From: Macrostomum lignano
Taxonomy: Eukaryota
DNA: 64,000 nt
Direction: 5' to 3'
NCBI GenBank assembly: GCA_002269645.1
Contig: NIVC01000997.1
Span: forward strand, 124,001 to 188,000
The first letter of the stretch is position 1; each line of letters starts with the position of its first letter. Positions 40,041-51,265 of this stretch are shown in pieces. The position numbers and the translations under genes were made by a program. The notes beneath the pieces were generated by a model. It ran no database searches. It was not told where the DNA came from and saw only the letters and a program-made list of their open reading frames with translations.

Positions 40041-40600
40041 CGAGGGGCGATCAAGAAGTTGTGTCACTGCATAATTTTTTCAGTACATGCATGGATGAAG
40101 GAATAGAAGTTCTATTCCATTCCTTCATCCATGAGCACATTATACTTTTCTTAAATTGATTTTAGTTGTTGCCATAGACACATTATGTCCCCTACTTAAC
40201 CATAAATTTTTGAAGCCACTCTTGCGTAGCTCGAGAATCTACAGCATTCTTTCTTCACCGACCCTGAGCGACTATGTCAGTCTCAAGCGAAGCCATACGT
40301 GCCGTCATCCATTATGAGTGGAGGCGGGGCACAGCAGCAAAGGAAATCGAAGCCCGTTTGCGTGAGCAACATGGGGAGTCTGCACCATCGTATCGCACCA
40401 TCATCCGCTGGATTCATAGTTTTGAAGGAGGCAAAGGTGACTTCGAAGACGAACCTCGCAGTGGGAGAACCAGGACCTCCACCAGCCAGAGTGTCATCGA
40501 CAGCGTCCAGAGCCTCCTTGACGAGGACAGGCGAGTGACTGTTGCTGAGATAGCAGAGGCCTGTGGCATCAGTTGTGGCAGCGCGCAGTCCATCCTGACA
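40041..40600 (+). mobile_element. Mariner-family DNA transposon, 5' half only (left TIR plus transposase N-terminal HTH domains)
   Basis: TA at 40039-40040 followed by CGAGGGGCGATCAAGAAGTT (mariner-like TIR). The ORF from 40274, IRAVIHYEWRRG...APSYRTIIRW...FEDEPRSGR...DRRVTVAEIAEACGISCGS, is a typical mariner DNA-binding region. No WVPHEL, DD34D or right TIR was found. Confidence 0.88.
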
Positions 40601-40738
40601 GTCAAAAAATTGTTGCCGGGAAATTCTTTGATGAGAAGCGTAGACAAAAAGGAACCAATAGATGTATGAGGGAGCTTACCGATACAAATATCGGCAAATC
40701 TGTGAGTACATGTACGCTGCCTGTTAATAACGATTTTG

Positions 40739-40868
40739 GAGATGGAGAGAGTGTGTGTGAGAGGGAGATGGAGAGAGTGTGTGTGAGAGGGAGATGGAGA
40801 GAGTGTGTGTGAGAGGGAGATGGAGAGAGTGTGTGTGAGAGGGAGATGGAGAGAAATTGTGAAAGGGA
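40739..40868. repeat. 24-bp GA-rich minisatellite GAGAGGGAGATGGAGAGAGTGTGT (left of Gypsy)
   Basis: About 5 copies, same unit as 44350-45085. Confidence 0.9.
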
Positions 40869-41038
40869 TGTAAACTAGCCAAAAGGGCGGGTTTGAGCTA
40901 GTCAGAGAAAAACACGAAGAGGCTAAAGCCAAGCGAGATATTTTATATTTGATTTTGCAATGTACACTAGCGATTGTACACTGAGCATAAAACACATAAG
41001 TTCACGCGCACGCGAGAGCGAAAATGATGCTATTTACA
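40869..41038 (-). repeat. 3' LTR (170 bp) with TGTAAA...TTTACA termini, preceded by polypurine tract AGGGAGGGAGAGA (41039-41051)
   Basis: Perfect 6-bp inverted termini immediately after a 13-nt purine run downstream of the integrase stop. Confidence 0.8.
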
Positions 41039-41218
41039 TCTCTCCCTCCCTAAATTGAGGATTAAAAAACAATGGCTTAAAAAAAGTGACGATTTAACTT
41101 AGAATTCGAGCGCCGCAACATGTTTGTTCGATTAGAACTGCGCAACAAAAAAATCTGGCGGTCTCCAAGTCCTCTCAGAGCGACGAGGCCCAGCAGCCGT
41201 CGGCTCGTCCAGCTCCGT

Positions 41219-44200
41219 CTAGGTCTGCCGCGGATCAACGGGACTGGGCGGCCGGCCGTCCTCTGCTGCATGCGGGTCAGCGGCGGGCAACGCAAGCTTT
41301 GGCTGCGGCCGCCTGCGCACGAACGCCTTCAGCCGGTCGTGATGCACCACCGAGCTTCGCCTCCGGCCAGAGGGCTTAGAGATTCGGTAGGTGACGAGGC
41401 CGAGCTTTTCGAGAACGCGGTAGGGCCCCAGCCACCGACGGAGGAGCGCCTTGAATTCGCCTTTCCGGACCGCCGGGTTGCTGAGCATCACCAGCTGGCC
41501 GACCTGGAACGGAGTGAAGTGCTGGCGCTTGTCGTAGTGCTGCTTCCGCGACCGCTGAGTCGACAGCAGGCGCTGCCGCACGAGCTGCATTCCGGTGCGG
41601 GCGTTGGCTAGCGTGTCCGTGATGATGCGCCCCTCGCTGGTGGCCGGCAGACTGAGATCGGTGGGAATCCGGGGATCGCGTCCGTGCAGCACTGCATATG
41701 GCGATTGCTTTGTTGTGCTGTGCACCGACGAGTTGTACGCCCAGATGACATACGGCAGGAAGTCCGCCCACTTGTCGTGCTGTTTCATGCAGTAGGCCGC
41801 CAGCATGTCGCCCAATGTTCTGTTGAACCGCTCGACCCCTGGGTTTCCGCTTGGATGAAACGGGGTCGTCCTTGTCTTGCGAATATCGAGCAGCTGGCAC
41901 AGTTCCTTGAAGACCTCGCTTTCGAATTGACGACCTTGATCGGAATGGATGATTTCAGGCGACCCATGGCGAAGAACCACACTACGCAGCATTGCCTCAG
42001 CCACCGTGCGGGCTTCGATGTTTGTCACTGCCGTCGCCTCAACCCACTTTGAAAACACATCCGTGAAGCAGATGATGTGCTTCAGGCCAGCCCCGGTCGT
42101 AGGCAGGGGCCCCTTAATGTCCACCTGCACAATCTCCCACGGGGCCGATGGCACGGCGTTGTCCTGCAGTGGTGCCCTCTGGTGCTGATGTGGCACCTTA
42201 CGATGCTGACAAACTTCGCAACTGTTTACCCAGTGCTGAACGTCATCCTTGAGGCCGGGCCACCAGGCTCTGTTGACGACTCTGGCCAGTGTCCTGTCGG
42301 TTCTGAGGTGTCCGCTCGCCGGATCATCGTGCAGCAACCTCAGAAGCTCCTAGCGGATTTGAAGCGGAATAACAGGCTTGCCGCTCCTTCTGATGACGCC
42401 GTCGTCACCTAGGTCCAGCTTCTCTGTCCTCAGCAGTTTCTCTGCATCCTCTGCAGCCTCGCCTCGGCGGGGCTGCTGTCCGATGAGCAGCCGTTGTGCC
42501 GCCGCCAGCACCGGGTCGTCAGCCTGCGCTGCACTGATAGCGTCGTCCGACCAGACAGGTGGCAGCCGAGTCGCCGCCCCTCGGCTTAGCGCATCTGCCA
42601 CCACGTTCTCGTGACCAGGTCTGAAGAGCAGCGTCAAGTTGATCTCTTGCAGGTAGGTGATCCACCTGGCGAGGCGGCCTTCGGGTTCCTTCGTGTTCAG
42701 CAACACTTGCAACGGCTTGTGGTCGCTGAAGACCAGAATTTCACCAGCTGACGCCAAGTAGTTTCGGAAGTGCTTAATTGCCCATACCATTGCAAGAAGC
42801 TCTCGGTGCGTTGTCGAGTATTTCCGCTCTGACTTGTTCAGGACTCGCGACGCGTATGCTACCGGACATTCAACGCCTTCGTGCAGCTGGCTGAGGACAC
42901 CCGCGATGGCCACGCCGCTGCTGTCACAGCAGAGACGGAATCCTTTGGAGAAGTCCGGCAGCTTCAGCAGTGGAGGCGCCGAGAGCGCTGACTTCAGCTT
43001 CTGTAGCGCCACTTCGCACTCTGATGTCCACCGAAACTGCCGTCCCTTCTGAGTCACCTGATGAAGCGGATTAGCGATGCTGGCAAAGTTTGGGACGAAT
43101 CGCCGATAGAAGCCCAGCATACCGACGAGCCGGCGAAAGTCTTCGGCACAATCAGGCGTTGGGATGGACTGGATCGCGCTGATCTTCTCCTGAGTTGGTT
43201 GAATACCCTCGGCAGAGATTTTGTGGCCCAGGTACTCTACTTCTTGGAAGCAGAAGCAGCTCTTGCGCTTGTTCAGCTTAAGGCCCGCTGACTGCAGTCT
43301 TTCGAGGACCTGCTCCAAGGTTTGGGCGTGTTTTTCAAACGTCGGGCTGAACAAAATCAGATCGTCCATGTACGTGAGCACTTCGGTCCAGTTCAGACCG
43401 GCCATTGTTAGATCCATCAGCCGCTGAAAGGTTGCTGGAGCGTTACAGAGGCCAAATCCAAGCTTCCTGTACTGCACCAGGCCCTGCGTTGAGTAAAATG
43501 CGGTCTTCTCTCGATCCTGTTCACGTAGCTCGACCTGCAGGAACCCTTGGCGGAGATCGAGTGTGCTGAACCAACTGCATCCCGTAAGTGCGTCTAGAGC
43601 AACCGACAGGGGAGGCAGCGGGTAGGCGTCCTTCACGGTGCACGAGTTGAGGCTTCTCCAGTCGGTGCAGATTCGGATCTCGTTGTTTTTCTTGCGAACA
43701 ACGAGCAGGTTGCTCGCCCATGGACTGCACGATGGCTCGATGATTCCGTGACGCAGCATCTCACTGATCTTGTTATCCACTTGCTGGCAGAAGTTCAGCG
43801 GGACTGTCCGCTGCCTGTGCTTGATAGGGCGACTGCCGGGCTCCAGGTTGATCTCGTGCTGCAGCAGGTGTGTTGTTCCCAGATCGAACTCATTACTGGC
43901 GAATGCTTTCTCGTGCTTGCTGAGGAGGGCTTCGATTAGCTTGCGTTGCGACATACTTAGCTCAGGGTTGATTTTGAAGCCAACCTCTTCATCAGTTTAT
44001 TCGCCAGATCCATGAGGTTCGGCAGAGTCGAAGTTGCCGATTGTCCGGTTTTGGTAGAGCACTACCGGGTCGGCGCTCAGGTTGCAGACGCCCACCGGCA
44101 GGTTGCCATCAGCGCTGGACACCACGAGTGCCCTGTTCGGCAGCAGGCCCGTCTTGTCGACGAAATCAGAGCTGGGCTCGAACAGACCCTGCTCGACGGA

Positions 44201-44349
44201 CGACGGCACCTTGACCGGGATTATGACACGGCTGCGGGCAGGAACGGTCACGGTGCTGGCAACTCTGGCGATCACCGCGGTGGGCACCACTCGGCAGGCT
44301 GGCGTGGGGCTCCTGTCAGGGAAAATGGGGATCCTGGTTGACCCCAGTT
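41219..44349 (-). pseudogene. Gypsy pol, one continuous frame broken by two nonsense codons (TAA 43997-43999, TAG 42350-42352)
   Basis: ORFs 43997-44290, 42350-43954 and 41219-42337 share one frame: ...GSGE*TDEEVGFKINPELSMSQR... and ...LQIR*ELLRLLHDD... Confidence 0.9.
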
Positions 44350-45085
44350 GAGAGTGTGTGTGAGAGGGAGATGGAGAGAGATTGTGAGAGGGAGATGGAG
44401 AGAGATTGTGAAAGGGAGATGGAGAGAGATTGTGAGAGGTAGATGGAGAGAGATTGTGAAAGGGAGATGGAGAGAGAGTGTGTGAGAGGGAGATGGAGAG
44501 AGAGTGTGTGAGAGGGAGATGGAGAGAGTGTGTGTGAGAGGGAGATGGAGAGAGTGTGTGTGAGAGGGAGATGGAGAGAGTGTGTGTGAAAGGGAGATGG
44601 AGAGAGTGTGTGTGAGAGGGAGATGGAGAGAGATTGTGAAAGGGAGATGGAGAGAGATTGTGAGAGGGAGATGGAGAGAGATTGTGAAAGGAAGATGGAG
44701 AGAGATTGTGAGAGGGAGATGGAGAGAGATTGTGAGAGGGAGATGGAGAGAGAGTGTGTGAGAGGGAGATGGAGAGAGAGTGTGTGAGAGGGAGATGGAG
44801 AGAGAGTGTGTGAGAGGGAGATGGAGAGAGTGTGTGAGAGGGAGCTGGAGAGAGAGTGTGTGAGAGGGAGATGGAGAGAGAGTGTGTGAGAGGGAGATGG
44901 AGAGAGAGAGTGTGTGAGAGGGAGATGGAGAGAGAGTGTGTGAGAGGGAGATGGAGAGAGAGTGTGTGAGAGGGAGATGGAGAGAGTGTGTGAGAGGGAG
45001 CTGGAGAGAGATTGTGAGAGGTAGATGGAGAGAGATTGTGAGAGGGAGATGGAGAGAGATTGTGAGAGGGAGATGGAGAGAGAGA
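44350..45085. repeat. 24-bp GA-rich minisatellite (right of Gypsy)
   Basis: About 30 copies of GAGAGGGAGATGGAGAGAG(T/A)(G/T)TGT. Confidence 0.95.
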
Positions 45086-45739
45086 TGGAATCAGACAGAG
45101 TCAGACAGGGGAAAAAGGCAGAGAGAAGAGGACGGAGAACTGCTCAAGCGCTCTAAATTGTCTCGGTGCTGAAGTGAGCTCAGCTGATGCCCGATGCTCG
45201 GTTAAAGACTTTTCACCAGAGATGGAGACAGATGAGATCGGGAGCTACAAGGGGGAAATCAAAGAGAAATTGCAGAGAACCCCTCGGAGATTGTTCGGCG
45301 GCGTGACATGAGTTTTCTTGCAGCAAAGTCTCCGAAATTATGAACTTACGGTCAGTGATTTCTCAGAAAATTAACTGGTTCAAATACAGTTGAAATAGGT
45401 CAGCCTGTTTACGCCTATGCCTGTTTGCTGGATTAAAGGGTTTGTTAAGCTTTTTGTCTTTGAGCGATGAAATCCATCAGGATTCAGGCAGTAATTATCC
45501 TATTTGAGCTAAATTAAAAAGCAGAAAAAGCAATTAAATAAGCCGTTGAAGGTCCGGAGTCAGGTAGTCCGCTGTCTTGATTAGAGATTCCACGCGGCCG
45601 CTTTCATGAGGGTTGAATTTTTTCATAATTTCAGGTCGAGAGCAGTCAATCTTTTAGGATATTGAAAACGCGATAAGATAATGCATGTGAGTTATGAGCA
45701 GCTGGGCGAAAACGAGTAGATTAAACAGTTAGATTCTGT

Positions 45740-46138
45740 ATGAGAGTGAGAGCGAGAGTGATAGTGAGAGAGTGAGAGTGAGGGTGAGAGTGATAGTGAG
45801 AGTGAGAATGATAGTGAGAGAGTGAGAATGATAGTGAGAGAGTGAGAGTGAGGGTGAGAGTGATAATGAGAGTGAGAATGATAGTGAGAGAGTGAGAATG
45901 ATAGTGAGAGAGTGAGAATGAGAGTGAGAAAGTGAGAGTGAGAGTGAGGGTGAGAGTGAGAGTGAGGGTGAGAGTGAGAGTGAGGGTGAGAGTGAGAGTG
46001 AGGGTGAGAGAGTGAGAATGATTGTGAGGGTGAAAGTGAGATTGAGAGTGAGAGTGATAGTGAGAGAGTGAGAGAGTGAGAGTGAGAGTGAGGGTGAGAG
46101 TGAGAGTGAGGGTGAGAGTGATAGTGAGAGAGTGAGAT

Positions 46139-46174
<36 letters not shown>

Positions 46175-46196
46175 TGAGAGTGAGAATGAGAGTGAT

Positions 46197-46228
<32 letters not shown>

Positions 46229-46340
46229 TGAGAGTGAGGGTGAGAGTGAGAGTGAGGGTGAGAGTGAGAGTGAGAGTGAGGTTGAGAGTGAGAGTGAGAG
46301 TGAGAATGATAGTGAGAGAGTGAGAATGAGAGTGAGGGTG
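45740..46340. repeat. (GAGAGT)n-type microsatellite
   Basis: Degenerate hexamer tract. Confidence 0.93.
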
Positions 46341-46674
46341 AGAAGAAGAGCGACAGGAGGATGGAGAGAGGGAGAGCGAAAGTGAGCGAAAGTTAAATGT
46401 GAGAGTGATATTGTCATTAAAAATAGAGTAGAGATAAGAAATGAGAACTAGATAGGAAAAAAATGAGAGGTAGACTCAACGATGAGAAGGATCATAGAGT
46501 GCCGCTAAATCAATAGGCCAGCAGCCCTGAGAGCCAATAGGAACCCGCGAGGATTAATATTTCAATTTTGCGCAGCAGCTGAATTTCCTACTAAAAGCAG
46601 AGCTATTGCTTAATGTAGCAGACTCTCCTGTCAAACCTCAGAGCGGCAATAAAACCAATCCATCAGTCGGAGCG

Positions 46675-47140
46675 ATGGCTGATATCATACCGACAACCCC
46701 TCCGTACACCTCAGCTGCGCCAAACGTTACAGAGGACGACAGTCAGGACTTCAGTGAAATCCAGTGGCATCAGAGTTTTCTCTGTGTGGAGTCATTCTCG
46801 TCAGTAATCCGGATCCTCAGTGTGGATTTGTGCATCAATGTGGCCGCATTTCTCACTAATCTGCTAGCTGTGCTGATTCTGCGAGGCAAGCGCGAAATTC
46901 AGTCTAGAATGAGGATCATGCTGTACTACCTGTCCGCTGTTGAATGCGTTCTGCAGGTGGCCTCAGCTATGTACAGTGTGTGCACCATCTCGATGAAGAC
47001 CATCTTCTGTAGCTCGCCTGCAGCCGCGGGGGCTCTGACTGCCGCCTTTAAAAGTATGTTTGGAGTAGAATTGGCGGCCACAACCATCAGCGCTAAGATC
47101 CTGGAGCTCTGCAGCGATGCTCGGATTGTGTCCATTGCTG
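46675..47140 (+). CDS. Orphan rhodopsin-like (class A) GPCR, exon 1 (N-terminus to TM3)
   Basis: N-glycosylation sequon NVT, TM1 INVAAFLTNLLAVLIL, TM2 MLYYLSAVECVLQVA. Donor GTGAGT at 47141 (phase 1). Start ATG 46675 assumed. Confidence 0.75.
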
Positions 47141-47199
47141 GTGAGTCATTCAGTACAGTTTTGTTGGGGGGAGAGGGGCGCCGTTGGGTAGATAGGGGG

Positions 47200-48105
47200 T
47201 ATCGGGTAGATAGGTGGAGTTATCTAGATATATAATACGTTTTGGGTAGATAGGTGGTGTTTTATAGATAGGTGTTTTTGGGTAGATAAATGATTGGGTG
47301 GATAGGTGATGTTGGGTAGATAGGTGGTGCTGGGTAGATAGGTGTTTTGGGTAGGTAGGTCATGTTAGGTAGGTAGGTGATGTTGGATAGTTAGGTGATG
47401 TTGGGTAGATAGGTGATGTTGGGTAGATAGGTGATTTTGGGTAGATAGGTGATGTTGGGTAGATAGGTGGTGCTGGGTAGATAGGTGTTTTGGGTAGGTA
47501 GGTCATGTTAGGTAGGTAGGTGATGTTGGATAGTTAGGTGATGTTGGGTAGATAGGTGATGTTGGGTAGATAGGTGATTTTGGGTAGATAGGTGATGTTG
47601 GGTAGGTAGGTGATGTTGGGTAGATAGGTGTTTTGGGTAGGTAGGTCATGTTGGGTAGGTAGGTGATGTTGGGTAGATAGGTGATGTTGGGTAGATAGGT
47701 GATTTTGGGTAGATAGGTGATGTTGGGTAGGTAGGTGATGTTGGGTAGATAGGTGTTTTGGGTAGGTAGGTCATGTTGGGTAGGTAGGTGATGTTGGGTA
47801 GATAGGTGATGTTGGGTAGATAGGTGTTTTGGGTAGGTAGGTCATGTTGGGTAGGTAGGCGATGTTGGGTAGATGGTGATGCTGGGTAGATAAATGATGA
47901 TGAGGATATAAATGATAATGAGTAGATAAATTATTATGAGTAGATAAATGATGATGAGTAGATAAATGATGATGGGAAGATAAATGATGATGGGAAGATA
48001 AGTGATTGATGAGTAGATAAATGATGATGAGTAGATAAATGATGATGAGTAGATAAATGATGATGAGTAGATAAATGATGATGAGTAGATAAATGATGAT
48101 GGGTT
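47200..48105. repeat. Intronic 18-bp minisatellite GGGTAGATAGGTGATGTT grading into GAGTAGATAAATGATGAT
   Basis: About 50 units in the GPCR intron. Confidence 0.93.
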
Positions 48106-49373
48106 TGGTAGGCGCCGTATGAGAAGAAAGAGGAGAAGGATGCCATGAGGGAAGGGGACCTTGAGGGTAGGGGGAGCCAGGGGTGTTGGATGAGTTCAAC
48201 TCACTTTGTTTACGGCTTATCCCGCATAGTTACCGTTTCCTAAGCCTTTTAAGTCTCCGCCTCTTCATCAACATGCAACTGAGTGAAAAACAGGGAATGG
48301 AAAATCTAAGATATTGTATTGTACCAGCATTCAAGATCAAGTTGCCAACGAATTTATTTTCTCCTGGGTGAAGCAAACGTGGGCGAATTGCCCTCGATGC
48401 CTTGAACTGGAAACTTTAATTGAGGGGGGGGCAGTCGAGGGTGGCGCAGGTTTAAAATTTCAATTTCTTGCCGATCCGGTCGCTAAATCCGGTAATTGCA
48501 AAATATTGCTGGGCAGATCGACTTGAAATTGACAATTTCAGCTTATTTCTTCGGGAAAATCCATAACTCTGCATGTCGTTTGAGTTTTTCCTTGTTTATC
48601 TGAATTTTTTCTATTCAGTTAAAAATGCTGTGGCTTAAATCTGTCACCATGATTTCTACTCTTACTATTATTAAGACTTTTAAATTGATATTACGGCGCA
48701 GCCTTCTGGTCTAGTGGCCCAGGCTCGATTCCAAGTTTGGGACTTTTAATTTGGGACTAAATTGGAATCTCGGCTTGGCTCTGCTCGTGCAGAGCCATTT
48801 ATTAACGCCCAGCTTGAGGGCCAACCCCCAAGGCACAGTAAAGTGTACATGCCTAACGATAAATAAAGTTAGGGCTGCTGTACACTCCTGTGTGAGTGTG
48901 TGCCTGTGCGTATGACTGCGTACGTATCCTTGCACTTGTGTGCCTGCTCAGGGGAGTCGGCGGAATGGGCAGCAATGCCTCTCGCTGGTTGTGTGACAAT
49001 GTCGCTTAAAGTGCAAGAAAATTTTAGGAGGCAAGTTTTACTGAAAAGATACATTGCAAAGATGGGAGGGTTTCATTTTTCAGCAGAAAAATTGTTACTG
49101 CTTTCGATACGAGGCAGACCCAGTGTTCATCTTTTGACACGAGCTATGCCGTGCCTTTCTTATAGCTCTTTTGGTGTTCAGCTTTTCGTTTAGAAAATTA
49201 GGATTCGTTTACGATTGTACATGTCCTGTGCATAAAAATCATAAAAATAGCACAACTTGATTCATTGCTTCTATGAATCTATTTTATCGTTATGTTACAC
49301 TTTTTGCACGGTCTTTAAACTGAGAATGATAAAATTAATATAGAATCCCAATTCTAAACGAAAAGCTTTATAA

Positions 49374-49648
49374 AGCAACCATGCCAATCTCATAGCAACC
49401 ATGCCAATCTCATAGCAACCATGCCAATCTCATAGCAACCATGCCAATCTCATAGCAACCATGCCAATCTCATAGCAACCATGCCAATCTCATAGCAACC
49501 ATGCCAATCTCATAGCAACCATGCCAATCTCATAGCAACCATGCCAATCTCATAGCAACCATGCCAATCTCATAGCAACCATGCCAATCTCATAGCAACC
49601 ATGCCAATCTCATAGCAACCATGCCAATCTCATAGCAACCATGCCAAT
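49374..49648. repeat. Perfect 20-bp minisatellite CATGCCAATCTCATAGCAAC
   Basis: About 13.7 identical copies ending 18 nt before GPCR exon 2. Confidence 0.98.
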
Positions 49649-49666
49649 ATTTTCCCATCAACCCAG

Positions 49667-50583
49667 CTCGAAACTTCTGGGTCGCCCTGATTGCCGTCGC
49701 CCGTTGGGACGTCGTTACGAAACCGCTCCGACCTCGGCTAAACATCTACGGTCGCAACGCATTCCTACTGATACTGATTGGCATCTCCCTCATTGCCGGC
49801 CTGTCGATTCTGCCTATACATTTTCTTGACACCATCTGCGCCGGGCTGCGCTACCACATCGTCTACAGCGCTGTGATCAACCTCGTGCCGTTCGCTCTCA
49901 TTCTCGGCTTCGGCCTGATGACCATTCTGAACAGTGGCCGGATGCCGCAGCAGCTGCTGCCCAGCAGCAATGTTGGCTCAGTCAGCGCCAACGGGAGTGC
50001 CAGCGGCAGCAGCGGGTGCAGCTCACAACGCGAGCATCAGCAGCAGCAGCAGCAGTTGTTGCAGATCGCCTGCCACCACCACCAGCGAGCTCAGCCGCGC
50101 AACCAAGTTCCACATTATCGCCGGGTCACCCAGTCGCTGCTACGTCGGAAACGAACCGTGACAAGAACAATATTTACTCTGCTGGCCACTTTTCTCATCT
50201 TTGAGGTGCCGTACTTCACCATGACAACCATCGCTTACGCTTTCACCTGCCATATACCCAATTCTCAAACGATGATTCTCAACCTGATGTACCTGAGCTA
50301 CCTGCCGGCCAATATCGACTCGCTGAGCAATTTTTTCATCTATTTCGCCTGCTACACGCCGTTTCGTAGGCGAGCCAGGTTGTTCTTCCGGATTAACCGA
50401 GGCTGGCAGTCGACAACGGCAGCGGCGGCTGCGACTACTGGCGGGTTGGTGGCTATGTCGGCCACCGCCGGTGGTGGCCGGTCTACACCGATGACGCCAA
50501 GGTACAGAGGCCCGCTGGACTCCGACGTTGATGAGGCCGCTCAGGCAGCTGTTGCGCTTTTGGGATGCGTTGGGGACGATTGA
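49667..50583 (+). CDS. Orphan rhodopsin-like GPCR, exon 2 (TM3 end to C-terminus)
   Basis: Acceptor cccAG at 49665-49666 extends ORF 49873-50583 by 68 codons in frame: ARNFWVALIAVARWDVVTKPL (DRY-equivalent), TM4, TM5 INLVPFALIL, TM6 FLIFEVPY, TM7 DSLSNFFIY. Joined protein is 460 aa. Confidence 0.85.
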
Positions 50584-50740
50584 GAATCTGCAACTTCAAT
50601 TCCAGTCTCTTTTGTGTTTTCCCTCGTGTTTTTGTGTTGACAGTTTAGTCCGTGATTGTATGCCAGACTGACTGAAAATCAAAAAGAACGATGAGCGGAA
50701 CCTCCACGAGCGTGATTTATGATTAGCTGACTAGCGACAA

Positions 50741-51265
50741 CCAACCCACCTCCGCCTGTCATCTCTTGGCCTGTAATTAACACCGATTGGTTGGATAAAA
50801 TCACCCACCCCACCTCCGCCTGTTATCTCTAGCCTGTAATTAGCGTTGGATGAAACCACCCACCCCACCTCCGCCTGTCATCTCTTGGCCTGTAATTAAC
50901 ACCGATTGGTTGGATAAAATCACCCACCCCACCTCCGCCTGTTATCTCTAGCCTGTAATTAGCGTTGGATGAAACCACCCACCCCACCTCCGCCTGTCAT
51001 CTTTTGGCCTGTAATTAGCACCGATTGGTTGGATAAAATCACCCACCCCACCTCCGCCTGTTATCTCTAGCCTGTAATTAGCGCTGATTGGTTGAATAAA
51101 ATAACCCACCCCATTTCCGCCTGTCATCTCTGGCTGTGAATCGCACGGCACTCCCTCGGCAAATCTTCGTGCACGCAAGCCTCAAATGAACCTGGCCACG
51201 CACGGATTCGAACCAAGGGGTCGTGTTGCCAGAGTCAGGCGCGCTTACCGCTGAGCTGACGCACT
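50741..51265 (-). mobile_element. tRNA-derived SINE-like element with a tandem-repeat 3' tail
   Basis: Head 51193-51262 (minus): CAGCTCAGCGGTAAG (A-box) and GGTTCGAATCC (B-box), with no pairing acceptor stem. A ~65-bp body follows, then alternating ~55/65-bp repeats (50741-51130). Confidence 0.65.

Larger units (their letters stand above)
40869..44349 (-). mobile_element. Ty3/Gypsy LTR retrotransposon, 5'-truncated (pol plus PPT plus 3' LTR)
   Basis: RT (LDLRQGFLQ, YMDDL), RNase H (CDSSG..YSTTHRELLA), integrase (HHCC, D-D-E: VDIKGP, SDQG, VERFN; GPY motif) in RT-RH-IN order. PPT and LTR lie downstream. gag, most of the protease and the 5' LTR are absent. Confidence 0.95.

Noticed and set aside
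41077-44351. Plus-strand and alternate-frame ORFs overlapping Gypsy pol
   Set aside because: They are shadow ORFs of a GC-rich coding sequence with no recognisable motifs.
51193-51262. Possible tRNA-Gln(CTG) gene
   Set aside because: A and B boxes are present, but the acceptor stem does not pair and the T-stem is imperfect. Treated as a SINE head.
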